Notes: a model not told the origin generated them from the sequence alone. A DNA stretch of 32,000 nucleotides from Desulfocapsa sulfexigens DSM 10523 (GCF_000341395.1 NC_020304.1:1290001-1322000), one strand, 5' to 3'. Counted from the stretch's first letter, positions 9,923-19,960 are shown. Numbers and translations: made by a program.

Positions 9923-11002
9923 ATGGAAGACCAGGCAGGTAATATGGAATTGATTTCCGGGCTCAGCAGGCGCGGCTTTTTGAAGGGCTGCACCTTGGCT
10001 GCTGCCGCGCTCGGCCTCTCGGAGGCTATGATTCCTAAATTACTGGAGGCGGCAGAGTCGGCGCAGCGACCGACGGTTATCTGGCTCCATTTTCAGGAAT
10101 GTACAGGATGTACCGAGAGTCTCCTTCGAGGTTCCCACCCAGATATAGGAAGATTACTCTTAGACGTTATTTCACTTGATTACCATGAGACTGTAATGGT
10201 TCCGTCCGGTCATCAGGCAGAAAAAAGTCTTCACGATTCTGTGGAGAAAAATAAAGGTAAATTTGTTCTGGTGGTCGAGGGAGCAATTCCAACTGCGGAT
10301 AATGGAAATTTTTGTAAAATTGCGGGCCGCACTGCCATGGATATTCTGGCTGAGGTCGGCCCCAAGGCAGCAGCGGTTATTTCACTTGGAACATGCGCTG
10401 CTTTTGGTGGTATTCAGGCTGCAGATCCCAATCCAACGGGTGCTAAGGGTGTGCAGGATCTTCTTTCCGGAGTTCCAATTGTCAATATCCCGGGTTGTCC
10501 TCCTAATCCGGTGACCTTTCTTGGCACGGTTCTTCATTACCTGACTTTCAAGCGTCTGCCCAATTGCGATAATCTTGGAAGACCTCTTTTTGCCTATGGC
10601 AGAAGAATTCATGATCATTGTGAGCGTCGTGCTCATTTTGACGAAGGTCGCTTTGCTGAAGAGTTTGGTGATTATGGGCACAAAAACGGCTACTGCCTCT
10701 ACAAGGTTGGTTGCAAGGGGCCGGAAACTTTTTCTAATTGTCCGGCAGCCCGTTTTAATGATGTCGATGTCTGGCCTGTCTCTGTCGGTCATGGCTGCAT
10801 CGGTTGTACTGAGCCAAATTTCTGGGATTCCATGACTCCTTTCTATGAAAGATTGCCACATGTTAAAATTCCTGGAACCGGGATTATAGCCGATGCTGAC
10901 AGTGCAGGTAAGAAGATTCTCGGTGTGGCGGCGGCAGGTGCTGCAATTCATGCTGCGGTTGGAATCGGGAAGGCTAAGCTGAAGGGGAAAGATAAAGAAT
11001 AA
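9923..11002 (+). CDS. [NiFe] hydrogenase small subunit, group 1 periplasmic type, Tat-exported
   Basis: Twin-arginine signal SRRGFLKGC; proximal cluster motif ECTGCTESLLR; GTCAAFGGIQA; GCPPNP; HGCIGCTEPNFWD. The ORF is open from 9887; Met at 9923 preferred. Confidence 0.95.
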   Translation: MEDQAGNMELISGLSRRGFLKGCTLAAAALGLSEAMIPKLLEAAESAQRPTVIWLHFQECTGCTESLLRGSHPDIGRLLLDVISLDYHETVMVPSGHQAEKSLHDSVEKNKGKFVLVVEGAIPTADNGNFCKIAGRTAMDILAEVGPKAAAVISLGTCAAFGGIQAADPNPTGAKGVQDLLSGVPIVNIPGCPPNPVTFLGTVLHYLTFKRLPNCDNLGRPLFAYGRRIHDHCERRAHFDEGRFAEEFGDYGHKNGYCLYKVGCKGPETFSNCPAARFNDVDVWPVSVGHGCIGCTEPNFWDSMTPFYERLPHVKIPGTGIIADADSAGKKILGVAAAGAAIHAAVGIGKAKLKGKDKE

Positions 11003-11110
11003 GAAGACAGGTACTGAAAAAAATCCAGGCTGAAGAGCGAAGGAAGGATTTGTACTTTCTGCTTGTAGCCTTCAGTTTCATAACCTGAGAATAAACATCG
11101 AGAGGACATA

Positions 11111-12811
11111 ATGGCTCAGCGAATCACCATCGACCCCATAACCAGAATTGAGGGTCATTTACGAATAGATGCAGAAGTAGACGGAGGCCAGGTAACGAAA
11201 GCCTGGTCGTCAGGTCAGATGTGGCGTGGTATTGAAACTATTCTCAAGGGACGGGATCCGCGAGATGCCTGGCTTTTTACCCAGCGCATCTGTGGGGTGT
11301 GTACCACGGTGCATGCTCTGGCTTCGGTGCGGGCTGTGGAGAATGCTCTGAAGCTAGAGATTCCTTTGAATGCCCAGTATATCCGTAATATTGTAATGGC
11401 CATCCATGCACTACAGGATCATATTGTCCATTTTTATGTGCTCTCGGCACTTGATTGGGTGGATGTGGTTTCAGCTCTTTCCGCTGATCCGAAAAAGACA
11501 GCAGCGCTTGCTAATTCACTTTCCGAGTGGCCGAATAACAGTGCCAAGCGCTTTGCTGCCGTTCAGGGTAAGGTGAAAGCACTGGTTGAGAGTGGACAAC
11601 TTGGCCCCTTTGCCAATGGCTATTGGGGACATCCCGCCATGAAGCTTCCACCCGAAGCAAATCTTATGGCGGTTTCTCATTATCTTGAGTCACTTGATTA
11701 TCAAAGAAAGGCCACCCAGGCACTGGGTATTATTTCAGGAAAAAACCCGCATATTCAGAATCTTTCCGTTGGCGGTGTCACCACCGCGCTGAACCCGGAC
11801 AGTGATTCAGCTCTGAACATGGAACGTCTCTATTGGATTAAGCAGCTGATTCAAGAGGTTCGTGGGTTTATTCAGCAGGTTTACCTGCCCGATGTGGTTG
11901 CAGTTGGTGCCCTCTATAAAGACTGGCTTCCGTATGGAGCTGGAGTAACCAATTATCTGGCGGTACCGGATATGGTACTCAATGCCAAGGCCACGGAGTT
12001 TGATCTTCCCGGTGGAACCATTATGAATGGTGATTTAGGCACCGTAAAGGGCATCACCTCGTTTAATGATGATTATTTCCGGGATAACGTGGTGGAGAAT
12101 ATTGCCCATGCCTGGTACAAGGGCGATTGGTCTAAGCATCCCTATGAAGAGGATGATGTCCCCAATTACACAGAATTTCAGGATGACGGAAAGTATTCCT
12201 GGATTAAGGCACCTCGTTTTCAGGGACAGCCCATGCAGGTTGGACCGCTTTCTCAGATGCTGGTTGGTTATGCACAGGGACACAAACCCATTATCGAAAA
12301 CGTTAATAATGCATTATCTCTGGTTTCGAGCGTGGCAGGGGTTACCGTCGGGCCTGAAGTGCTGCACTCAACCCTTGGTCGTCATGTGGCCCGAGCGGTT
12401 CGTGCGTCCATGCTTGGTGATCTTGCCCTTAAGCACTGGGATCTGCTGGTTGACAATATCGGTAAAGGGGATCTTGAGATCTTTAACAAGCCGGTCTTCC
12501 CGCAGGGTGAACAGCAGGGCTATGGTATCCATGAGGCTCCCCGTGGTGTTCTGTCGCACTGGGTTGTTATTCAGGATGGAAAAATTAAAAATTATCAGTG
12601 TGTTGTTCCCTCCACCTGGAATGCTGGTCCGCGCGATGAAAAAGGTGTTGCAGGACCCTACGAGGCATCTTTGCTCGGTAATCCTGTGGCTGATGCTGAA
12701 AAACCCCTTGAGGTTCTGCGTACCATTCACTCCTTTGATCCCTGTATCGCCTGTGCCGTGCATACAGTGGATGCAAATGGGGTGGAGTTATCAAAGGTGA
12801 AAGCATTATAA
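11111..12811 (+). CDS. [NiFe] hydrogenase large subunit
   Basis: L1 motif QRICGVCTTVHA; L2 motif DPCIACAVH followed by a 15 aa C-terminal extension (TVDANGVELSKVKAL) expected to be cleaved during maturation. No in-frame TGA/Sec at the C terminus. Confidence 0.97.
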   Translation: MAQRITIDPITRIEGHLRIDAEVDGGQVTKAWSSGQMWRGIETILKGRDPRDAWLFTQRICGVCTTVHALASVRAVENALKLEIPLNAQYIRNIVMAIHALQDHIVHFYVLSALDWVDVVSALSADPKKTAALANSLSEWPNNSAKRFAAVQGKVKALVESGQLGPFANGYWGHPAMKLPPEANLMAVSHYLESLDYQRKATQALGIISGKNPHIQNLSVGGVTTALNPDSDSALNMERLYWIKQLIQEVRGFIQQVYLPDVVAVGALYKDWLPYGAGVTNYLAVPDMVLNAKATEFDLPGGTIMNGDLGTVKGITSFNDDYFRDNVVENIAHAWYKGDWSKHPYEEDDVPNYTEFQDDGKYSWIKAPRFQGQPMQVGPLSQMLVGYAQGHKPIIENVNNALSLVSSVAGVTVGPEVLHSTLGRHVARAVRASMLGDLALKHWDLLVDNIGKGDLEIFNKPVFPQGEQQGYGIHEAPRGVLSHWVVIQDGKIKNYQCVVPSTWNAGPRDEKGVAGPYEASLLGNPVADAEKPLEVLRTIHSFDPCIACAVHTVDANGVELSKVKAL

Positions 12812-12843
12812 GGATTTGATTCCTTTTAATCTAGGGGGTTGTT

Positions 12844-13488
12844 ATGAACTATGAAGTGAAGAATGTCTGGAGTGTTTTGCTCCGGCTGTATCATTGGGCC
12901 CTGGTCCTGTCCATTGTCGCTCTGGTGGTGACCGGATTTTATATAAATAATCCGTGGACAAATACGACCTTGGAAGGAAGCGTGTCATTTCCCATGGCCG
13001 TTATGCGTTATATTCACTTTGTGGCCGGGTATCTCTTTACTGCGGCGGTGCTGGTGAGAATATTTTTGTTTGTCTTTGGTAACAAACAGGAACGAATCAT
13101 GGACATCCTGCCCGTAACTCCAAGAAACTTAAAAAGCCTTGCTACAACAATTGGCTATTACAGCTACCTCAGTGAAAAGCATGACAGCCGCCTGGGTCAT
13201 AATACCCTGGCAGGGATTTTCTATCTCATCACCATCATAGCTGCCCTTTTTCAGCTGGCCAGTGGTTTTTATATGCTGTACCCCGAAGCTGGGTTCTGGC
13301 AGGGGATGGGAGGAACGCTTTTCGGATCTCAGCAGGAAGGGCGTTTTCTGCATCATTTGTTGATGTGGTATTTCATTCTCTTTGCCTTTGCCCATGTGTA
13401 TATGGTGGTTTGGAATGACCTGAAGTCTCCGGAAGGACTTGTTTCTTCAATATTTACAGGAAAGAAGTTTAAGCGTAAGAATGCCTGA
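12844..13488 (+). CDS. Ni/Fe-hydrogenase b-type cytochrome subunit
   Basis: Four predicted TM segments; RLYHWALVLSIVALVVTGFYI, MRYIHFVAGYLFTAAVLVRI, HHLLMWYFILFAFAHVYMVVWND; position directly after the large subunit. Confidence 0.93.
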   Translation: MNYEVKNVWSVLLRLYHWALVLSIVALVVTGFYINNPWTNTTLEGSVSFPMAVMRYIHFVAGYLFTAAVLVRIFLFVFGNKQERIMDILPVTPRNLKSLATTIGYYSYLSEKHDSRLGHNTLAGIFYLITIIAALFQLASGFYMLYPEAGFWQGMGGTLFGSQQEGRFLHHLLMWYFILFAFAHVYMVVWNDLKSPEGLVSSIFTGKKFKRKNA

Positions 13489-15811
13489 ACCTGTCCTTCG
13501 AATGGAAATCATCGCCCTGGGTACTGTCCAGGGCGTTGGTTTCCGTCCCTTTGTATATCGTCTGGCTCGTAAATGGAACGTTACCGGTACCATCCTGAAT
13601 ACTGACCAGGGCGTTGTTATTGAGGTGGAAGGCAAAGAACCTTCCGTCCAGAGTTTTATCAATACGCTCAGTATGTCTCCTCCTCCACTGGCACGCATTA
13701 CATCTTTGCACCAGCATCAGCATCATTCTTTAAAAGGATTTAAAGAATTTTCCATCCTGAAAAGTATGTCGCTTCACAAGAGTCAGGCTTTAATCCCGGC
13801 AGATGTAGCTTTGTGTAAGGACTGTCTTGATGATATTCTTGATCCGCACAATAGACGATTCTCCTATCCTTTTACCAACTGCACCAACTGCGGACCACGT
13901 TTCACTATTGTAGAAACTATTCCCTACGATCGACTGGGTACCTCCATGAAGTCTTTCCCACTCTGTTCGCAATGCAGAATGGAATATGAGGATCCCGGGA
14001 ATAGGCGCTTTCATGCCCAGCCAAATGCATGTGCAGAATGCGGGCCACAGTTGTCCTATCACGATGCAGACGGGAAAAAGCTTAAAGCCTTTTCTCCTTT
14101 GGAGGAAGTTGCTCGTTCCCTTAAACAGGGACAAATTGTGGCAATGCGCGGTTTAGGTGGTTTCCATCTGGTGGTGGATGCTGGTTCGGAAGAGGCTGTT
14201 ACAAGGTTACGCAAACGCAAGGGAAGAAAGTCCAAGCCTCTCGCGGTAATGACAGCCAGTGTGGATGAAGTAAACCGATTTTGCATCTTGGACAATACTG
14301 CAGCGGAGCTTCTGCAGGGAGTGGAGCGTCCCATAGTTCTTTTACCCCGAAAAGAGTCTTGTCTGGCTGAGGCGGTTACACCGGGAATCGCAGAGATTGG
14401 AGTAATGCTCCCCTACACACCACTGCATCAGTTACTGTTTCTGCAGCCGGATTGTCCTCGCACCCTTGTTATGACCAGCGGTAATAGAAGTGGAGCACCC
14501 ATTTTTACGGCGAATAAGGCAGCGGTGGAGGGACTTTGTGGGATTGCGGACTGTTTTCTGCTTCATAACAGGGAGATCATGACGCGAGTTGATGATTCTG
14601 TTGCAAGAATCAGTCGTCGAGGAGTGCAACTGTTGCGGCGTGCCCGTGGCTATGTTCCGGCGGCAACAGTTCTTCAACAAGAGTTTCCCTCCATTCTTGC
14701 CTGTGGTGGAGGGCTCAAATCCACTTTTTGTCTCACCAGAGGCAGTGAGGCGTTTCTCAGCCAGCATATCGGGGATCTTTTTAATCTGGAATCATTGGAT
14801 TTTTATAGAGAAAGCATATATCATTTCAAGAGACTCCTGCAGGTGGAACCGGAGGCCGTTGTTTGCGATTTACATCCCGATTATCTGAGCAGCCATTATG
14901 CAAAAGAGTTGAACCTGCCACTGTATAAGATACAGCACCATCACGCCCATGCAGCAGCAGTATTAGCTGAACATGGAATAGAGGAAAAGGTTCTGGCCCT
15001 GGTTCTTGATGGGACTGGTTTGGGAGACGATAACAGCAGCTGGGGGGGGGAGGTACTCCTTGCTGATTGTCTCGATTATGAGCGAGTCGGGTCCTTGACA
15101 CCCATGCTGCTCCCCGGAGGGGACGCTGCTGCTGAGGAACCATGGCGTATGGGTTTGTCTCTGCTGTTTAATCTGGGGCAAAATGAGCCAGAAATACAAT
15201 TTGCAGAGAAGCAGAAACAACGAGCCCTGTGGCAGATGATGGAACAGGGGTTTAACTGTCCAGTCACCACCAGTTGCGGCCGTTTTTTTGATGGCATTGC
15301 AGCACTTCTTGGTGTCTGTTTACTGGCTGACTATGAAGGACAGGCTGCCATGGAACTCGAATCCCTGGCCTGGCGGGAAAAGGGAGGGCAGGATTTAGGT
15401 GGACTTCTTGAAAACTGTAGCTGGAAAGAAGCAACGGTCTGCTCAGACAATCGATTGATACTGCAGCAAGATATTTTGGTTCAGAAGGTGCTGAATCAAC
15501 TGACGGATGGTAGGGCGGCAGCGACTATTGCGCTTGACTTTCACCTCTGTCTTATCAGAAGTTTTTTTGATCTTTTATGTAAACTTGCAGAAAAAACTGG
15601 AGTTTCACATATTGTCCTTACTGGAGGGTGCATGCAGAATACACTTCTTCTTGAGGGACTTTTCATACTTCTGGAACAAAACAATTTTATCGTCCATACG
15701 GGGCAGCAGATACCGGTAAATGATGGTGGAATAGCTTTGGGCCAGGCGATTATTGGAGGTTTACGTCATGTGTCTGGCTGTACCCATGAAAGTAATAGAA
15801 ATCCAGGGTGA
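13481..15811 (+). CDS. hypF: Carbamoyltransferase HypF
   Basis: Acylphosphatase domain (GTVQGVGFRPFVYRLA), double zinc-finger (CKDCLDDILDPHNRRFSYPFTNCTNCGPRF, CSQCRMEYEDPGNRRFHAQPNACAECGP), YrdC-like and Kae1-like (HHHAHAAAVLAEH) domains. Overlaps the end of the cytochrome b gene. Confidence 0.97.
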   Translation: MPEPVLRMEIIALGTVQGVGFRPFVYRLARKWNVTGTILNTDQGVVIEVEGKEPSVQSFINTLSMSPPPLARITSLHQHQHHSLKGFKEFSILKSMSLHKSQALIPADVALCKDCLDDILDPHNRRFSYPFTNCTNCGPRFTIVETIPYDRLGTSMKSFPLCSQCRMEYEDPGNRRFHAQPNACAECGPQLSYHDADGKKLKAFSPLEEVARSLKQGQIVAMRGLGGFHLVVDAGSEEAVTRLRKRKGRKSKPLAVMTASVDEVNRFCILDNTAAELLQGVERPIVLLPRKESCLAEAVTPGIAEIGVMLPYTPLHQLLFLQPDCPRTLVMTSGNRSGAPIFTANKAAVEGLCGIADCFLLHNREIMTRVDDSVARISRRGVQLLRRARGYVPAATVLQQEFPSILACGGGLKSTFCLTRGSEAFLSQHIGDLFNLESLDFYRESIYHFKRLLQVEPEAVVCDLHPDYLSSHYAKELNLPLYKIQHHHAHAAAVLAEHGIEEKVLALVLDGTGLGDDNSSWGGEVLLADCLDYERVGSLTPMLLPGGDAAAEEPWRMGLSLLFNLGQNEPEIQFAEKQKQRALWQMMEQGFNCPVTTSCGRFFDGIAALLGVCLLADYEGQAAMELESLAWREKGGQDLGGLLENCSWKEATVCSDNRLILQQDILVQKVLNQLTDGRAAATIALDFHLCLIRSFFDLLCKLAEKTGVSHIVLTGGCMQNTLLLEGLFILLEQNNFIVHTGQQIPVNDGGIALGQAIIGGLRHVSGCTHESNRNPG

Positions 15812-16043
15812 TCCTGATGATTTTTTAAGCGGACAGATTGCGCTGGTTGATGCCGATGGTATCAGGAAAGAGACACGGCTTGATATTGTTGATCGCTGGC
15901 CGGATCTTGGTGATTACCTTATCATTCATGCAGGTTTTGCCATCCACACCCTTGATCCGCAGGAGGCAGAGACCAATATTCGTCTTATGCGGGAAATGGC
16001 TGAAAAAGTAGAAGCTGCCGAAGCAGTGGAACAAAGAACATGA
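15768..16043 (+). CDS. hypC: HypC/HybG/HupF family hydrogenase assembly chaperone
   Basis: MCLAVPMKVIEIQGD, DYLIIHAGFAIHTLDPQEA. Confidence 0.96.
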   Translation: MCLAVPMKVIEIQGDPDDFLSGQIALVDADGIRKETRLDIVDRWPDLGDYLIIHAGFAIHTLDPQEAETNIRLMREMAEKVEAAEAVEQRT

Positions 16044-17125
16044 AGTATCTTGATGAATTTCGGGATCAGACTCTTGCCGAGCCCCTTTTGAAAGAATTGC
16101 GCAGGAGCGTAACGAAACCTTTTCGGGTGATGGAGGTGTGCGGTACTCATACCATGTCCATTTTTCGCAGTGGTTTACGGACATTACTTCCAGAAGAAAT
16201 AGAGCTGATATCCGGGCCGGGTTGTCCGGTGTGTGTGACTTCTGCCTCCCATATTGATGCTATCCTGGCCATGGCTGAATTGCAGAATACGCGAATTGCA
16301 CTGTTTGGCGATCTGTTTCGGGTTCCAGGCAGCAACGGCTTGTCCCTTGCCAATGCTTCTTCCCAGGGGGCAAAGGTTGACATCGTTTACTCACCCATGG
16401 ATAGTCTGAATCTGGCTCGAAAATATCCCGAGGAACTGATTGTTTTTCTAGGTGTGGGATTTGAAACAACAACTCCCGGAATAGCCGCCACCATTCTGGC
16501 GGCAAAGAACAGTGCTCTTGATAATTTTGCAGTCTTCTCCACCCATAAGACGATGCCTCCACCGTTACTCGCTCTTCTTGATGATCCGGAGTTGCAGATA
16601 GATGGACTTCTTTGTCCCGGACATGTGAGCAGTATTATCGGGGCAGGGGCCTATCAGCCACTGGCTGATACATACAAACTTGCCTGTGTGGTCGGGGGGT
16701 TTGAACCGGCGGATATCCTCCAGGCGTTAATCCTGATGGCCAGACAAATTGCCAACGGTGAGGCTCGTGTGGAGAATGCTTACACTCGTGCTGTGCGCTG
16801 GGAAGAAAACAGCAGGGCGCAGCAGATGGTCAGGGCCATTTTTAAAACCGCTGATATGGAATGGCGTGGTCTTGGGGTGATTCCTGAGAGTGGCCTGGCC
16901 ATCCGGGAAGAGTACAGTCATTACGATGCGGAAAGACGCTTGAATATCAAGCTCACGCCAGCTACAGAGCCAAAAGGATGTCGTTGTGGGGAAATTCTGA
17001 AAGGAAAGGAAGTACCTTCTCAGTGTCCTCTCTATGGGAAACGTTGCACCCCTGGCAATCCTGTTGGTCCCTGCATGGTGTCCAGTGAAGGAACCTGTGC
17101 AGCTTTTTTTAAGTATACTCAATAA
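16040..17125 (+). CDS. hypD: Hydrogenase formation protein HypD
   Basis: VMEVCGTHTMSIFRSGLRTLLPEEIELISGPGCPVCVT; GFETTTPGIAATI; GPCMVSSEGTCAAFFKY. Confidence 0.97.
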   Translation: MKYLDEFRDQTLAEPLLKELRRSVTKPFRVMEVCGTHTMSIFRSGLRTLLPEEIELISGPGCPVCVTSASHIDAILAMAELQNTRIALFGDLFRVPGSNGLSLANASSQGAKVDIVYSPMDSLNLARKYPEELIVFLGVGFETTTPGIAATILAAKNSALDNFAVFSTHKTMPPPLLALLDDPELQIDGLLCPGHVSSIIGAGAYQPLADTYKLACVVGGFEPADILQALILMARQIANGEARVENAYTRAVRWEENSRAQQMVRAIFKTADMEWRGLGVIPESGLAIREEYSHYDAERRLNIKLTPATEPKGCRCGEILKGKEVPSQCPLYGKRCTPGNPVGPCMVSSEGTCAAFFKYTQ

Positions 17126-17165
17126 TGGTTCATGAGTTCTTACTGACTCCAAATGTTGGGGTGAC

Positions 17166-17240
17166 GCCCTGGCCCGTACTTTCTTCTCAAACGTCCTCAC
17201 TACGCTGTGGATTGTTTGAGAAGAAAGTACGGCGCAGGGC
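17166..17240. repeat. Long near-perfect palindrome between hypD and hypE
   Basis: Arms 17174-17192 CCGTACTTTCTTCTCAAAC and 17214-17232 GTTTGAGAAGAAAGTACGG are exact reverse complements (19 bp) around a 21 nt loop. After a 2 nt mismatch the stem extends by GCCCTG (17166-17171)/CAGGGC (17235-17240). Confidence 0.93.
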
Positions 17241-17290
17241 TGTCGAATTGGGTCGTATAATTATTATTAACTAAACAACTGCAGGTATAT

Positions 17291-18310
17291 ATGAATCCCG
17301 GAAATACGATCCTTCTTGATCATGGCAGTGGTGGCATTGCCAGTCAGGAGTTGATCTCTCAGATTTTTTTAAAACACTTGGATAACAGCATCCTTGCATC
17401 TTTGGAAGATAGTGCTGTAATGGAGAATCATCCAGGAAAAATTGCCTTCAGTACTGATAGTTATGTGGTTGATCCGATTTTCTTTCCAGGAGGCAATATC
17501 GGCACACTGGCTGTTCATGGCACCATTAATGATCTTACCATGCGTGGGGCACGTCCGCTCTGTTTGAGTCTTGGTTTGATTTTGGAAGAGGGGTTCAAAC
17601 TTGACGATCTGGAGCGGGTTATTGTTTCCATTGCAGAGTGTGCAAAGTCCGCCGATGTTCCTATTGTTACCGGGGATACCAAGGTTGTTCCTCGAGGGAA
17701 ATGTGATAAAATTTTTATTAATACTTCAGGGATTGGAATTGTGGAAGATGGGGTAAACGTTTCGTCCACAATGGCACAGGAGGGGGATCTTATTCTTCTT
17801 TCCGGTTCCATGGGGGACCATGGCATAACGATTATGACCAGACGTGCAGGAATCAGTCTGGATGGGAATCTTGCCAGCGACTCTGCCGCACTTAACGAAC
17901 TGGTTGCCCTGCTTCTTGATAAGCTCCCTTCTGGGAGTCTTCACACCCTTCGTGATCCCACCCGTGGCGGGGTTGCGACATCGTTGAATGAAATTGCAGC
18001 AGCTGCCGGGCTTGCTGTTGAAATAGATGATCAGGCCATCCCAGTAAAACCTGAGGTGCGTGCCGCTTGCGAGATTATGGGGCTCGATCCACTGTATCTT
18101 GCCAATGAAGGGAAATGCCTTGCACTGGTTGCACCAGAACAGGCAGCGAAGGCTCTACAGCTTATGCGTTCCACCGCTGTGGGTACGGATGCTGCAATTA
18201 TCGGCAGTTTAAAAGCTGGAAAAGCTGGACAGGTCGTGTTGCGGACAGCCATTGGCGGGTCCAGAATCATTACTCCCCTTCATGGGGAGCCTCTTCCAAG
18301 AATTTGTTAA
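17291..18310 (+). CDS. hypE: Hydrogenase expression/formation protein HypE
   Basis: ILLDHGSGGIASQELI; FSTDSYVVDPIFFPGGNIG; DLILLSGSMGDHGITIM; DPTRGGVATSLNEIA; C-terminal PRIC. Confidence 0.97.
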   Translation: MNPGNTILLDHGSGGIASQELISQIFLKHLDNSILASLEDSAVMENHPGKIAFSTDSYVVDPIFFPGGNIGTLAVHGTINDLTMRGARPLCLSLGLILEEGFKLDDLERVIVSIAECAKSADVPIVTGDTKVVPRGKCDKIFINTSGIGIVEDGVNVSSTMAQEGDLILLSGSMGDHGITIMTRRAGISLDGNLASDSAALNELVALLLDKLPSGSLHTLRDPTRGGVATSLNEIAAAAGLAVEIDDQAIPVKPEVRAACEIMGLDPLYLANEGKCLALVAPEQAAKALQLMRSTAVGTDAAIIGSLKAGKAGQVVLRTAIGGSRIITPLHGEPLPRIC

Positions 18311-18322
18311 GGAAACTATATA

Positions 18323-18835
18323 ATGGAAAGTAAGGCGAAAAATGCTGGTATATTAGGGATTGGCAATCTTCTGCTCTCCGACGAGAGTTTTGGCGTTCAT
18401 GTGACTGAATTTCTCGAAGAACATTATGTCTTTCCAGCATCGGTGACTATTCTTGATGGCGGTACAGCGGGCATTTATATGGCTCCTTTTCTTGAAGAGC
18501 ATGACCCTATTTTTGTGGTTGATGTGGTTAATCTTAAGGATGCCAAGCCCGGTACTCTCTGCACATTCACGGCCGAAGATGCTCGAAATGGATCCATGCA
18601 GCCCAGAATGTCACCGCATCAACTGGGTATTCTTGAGATTCTGGATATTTGCAGTTTGCGTGGCATAGAACCCGGGTGTGTGGAATTTTATTGTGTAGTT
18701 CCAGAAAGTCTGGCCACAGGGCTCGAAATGACGGAGGCAGTAGCTTCGAAAATTGAGAAGATTTCCGGTTTGCTGGTGGAGCGTCTTCAGAAAATGGGAC
18801 ATGAAATACGTTTAAAAGAGAAAGAACATGCATGA
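18323..18835 (+). CDS. HyaD/HybD family hydrogenase maturation endopeptidase
   Basis: GILGIGNLLLSDESFGVHVTEFLEEHY, LDGGTAGIYMAPFLEEHDPIFVVDVV, MSPHQLGILEIL. Confidence 0.93.
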   Translation: MESKAKNAGILGIGNLLLSDESFGVHVTEFLEEHYVFPASVTILDGGTAGIYMAPFLEEHDPIFVVDVVNLKDAKPGTLCTFTAEDARNGSMQPRMSPHQLGILEILDICSLRGIEPGCVEFYCVVPESLATGLEMTEAVASKIEKISGLLVERLQKMGHEIRLKEKEHA

Positions 18836-19172
18836 GATGTCTCTAGTTCAGGGCTTGCTGGCTCAGCTCAATGAACTTGCACGGGAGCATGGAAAGGAAA
18901 AAGTGATCAGCGTCTCTATGGAGATTGGTCCCCTTTCCGGGGTGGTAATAGATTCATTTCAGTTTGGTTTTGATATTCTGGCTAAAGATGATGCGTTAAC
19001 CAGAGAGGCTAAATTGATCATAGAAAGCCCGCCAGCCATATACAGGTGTTTCGGTTGCGGAAGAGAGGTAGAGGCGTTACAGAGGCCAGAGAGGTGTTCT
19101 GAATGCTCGGAGACTCTGTTTTCACCACAGGGCGGAGATGGCCTTATTCTCCGTCAGGTAGAGATGGAATAA
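18828..19172 (+). CDS. hypA: Hydrogenase nickel incorporation protein HypA
   Basis: MHEMSLVQGLLAQLNELA; zinc-binding CFGCGREVEALQRPERCSEC; short overlap with the preceding gene. Confidence 0.95.
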   Translation: MHEMSLVQGLLAQLNELAREHGKEKVISVSMEIGPLSGVVIDSFQFGFDILAKDDALTREAKLIIESPPAIYRCFGCGREVEALQRPERCSECSETLFSPQGGDGLILRQVEME

Positions 19173-19243
19173 AAAGGAACAGCGGTAAGTAAGCCGGTTA
19201 AACGACTTTCACGAAATTATTTTCACTATGCTAAAGGAATATT

Positions 19244-19960
19244 ATGTGTGATGCATGCGGATGTGACCTGAAACCTGAACATACTCACGACTCCAAGGTG
19301 GTCGAAGTTCACCAGAGTCTTCTTGCTGCTAATACTGCCATGGCGGTAAAGAACAGAGAACATATCGAAAAAATGGGCGCTGTAGCTATCAATATGATAT
19401 CAAGCCCTGGTTCCGGAAAGACAACTCTTCTGGAAAAAACCATTGAAGCCATTGGCGATACGATTCGAATCGGAGTGATTGAGGGAGATATTGAAACAGA
19501 CAGGGATGCGGAACGTATCAGGGCCAAAGGGGTTCCAGTTGTCCAGCTCACCACGGGGGGTGCCTGCCATCTGGATGCCGCTCAGGTTCATAAAGGTATA
19601 CATCTTTTGGAGAAAGAGGAGGGTGGTGCAGAACTTGATATCCTCTTTATAGAGAATGTCGGTAATCTGGTCTGTCCAGCTACCTTTGATCTTGGCGAAC
19701 ATCATCGTCTTGTTCTGGTGTCTGTCCCAGAGGGGCCCGATAAGCCGGCCAAATATCCAAAAGCATTCCATAGTTCCCAGGTTTTTATTATTTCAAAAAC
19801 AGACCTGCTGCCCTATTTTGATTTCCCCGTCGAGGAGGCAAAAGCGGAGGCGCTGCAACTGAATCCCAATTTGCAGGTTATGGCTCTTTCTGCCACCAGT
19901 GGTGAGGGGTTTGATCAATGGCTCGATTATTTGAGGGAGGTCTGCCGAAAGCGTCAGTAA
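19244..19960 (+). CDS. hypB: Hydrogenase nickel incorporation GTPase HypB
   Basis: N-terminal MCDACGCD (high-affinity Ni motif), P-loop SSPGSGKTTLLEKT, GDIETDRDAERI, GNLVCPATFDLGE, ISKTDLLPY. No N-terminal poly-His tract. Confidence 0.97.
   Translation: MCDACGCDLKPEHTHDSKVVEVHQSLLAANTAMAVKNREHIEKMGAVAINMISSPGSGKTTLLEKTIEAIGDTIRIGVIEGDIETDRDAERIRAKGVPVVQLTTGGACHLDAAQVHKGIHLLEKEEGGAELDILFIENVGNLVCPATFDLGEHHRLVLVSVPEGPDKPAKYPKAFHSSQVFIISKTDLLPYFDFPVEEAKAEALQLNPNLQVMALSATSGEGFDQWLDYLREVCRKRQ

Noticed and set aside
10382-10951. 189 aa antisense ORF within the hydrogenase small-subunit gene
   Set aside because: Antisense shadow of a well-supported gene with no start context or recognisable domains.
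12066-12800. 244 aa plus-strand ORF overlapping the hydrogenase large-subunit gene
   Set aside because: It lies entirely inside a gene with unambiguous motifs, in another frame, and its translation has no coherent family signature. Shadow ORF.
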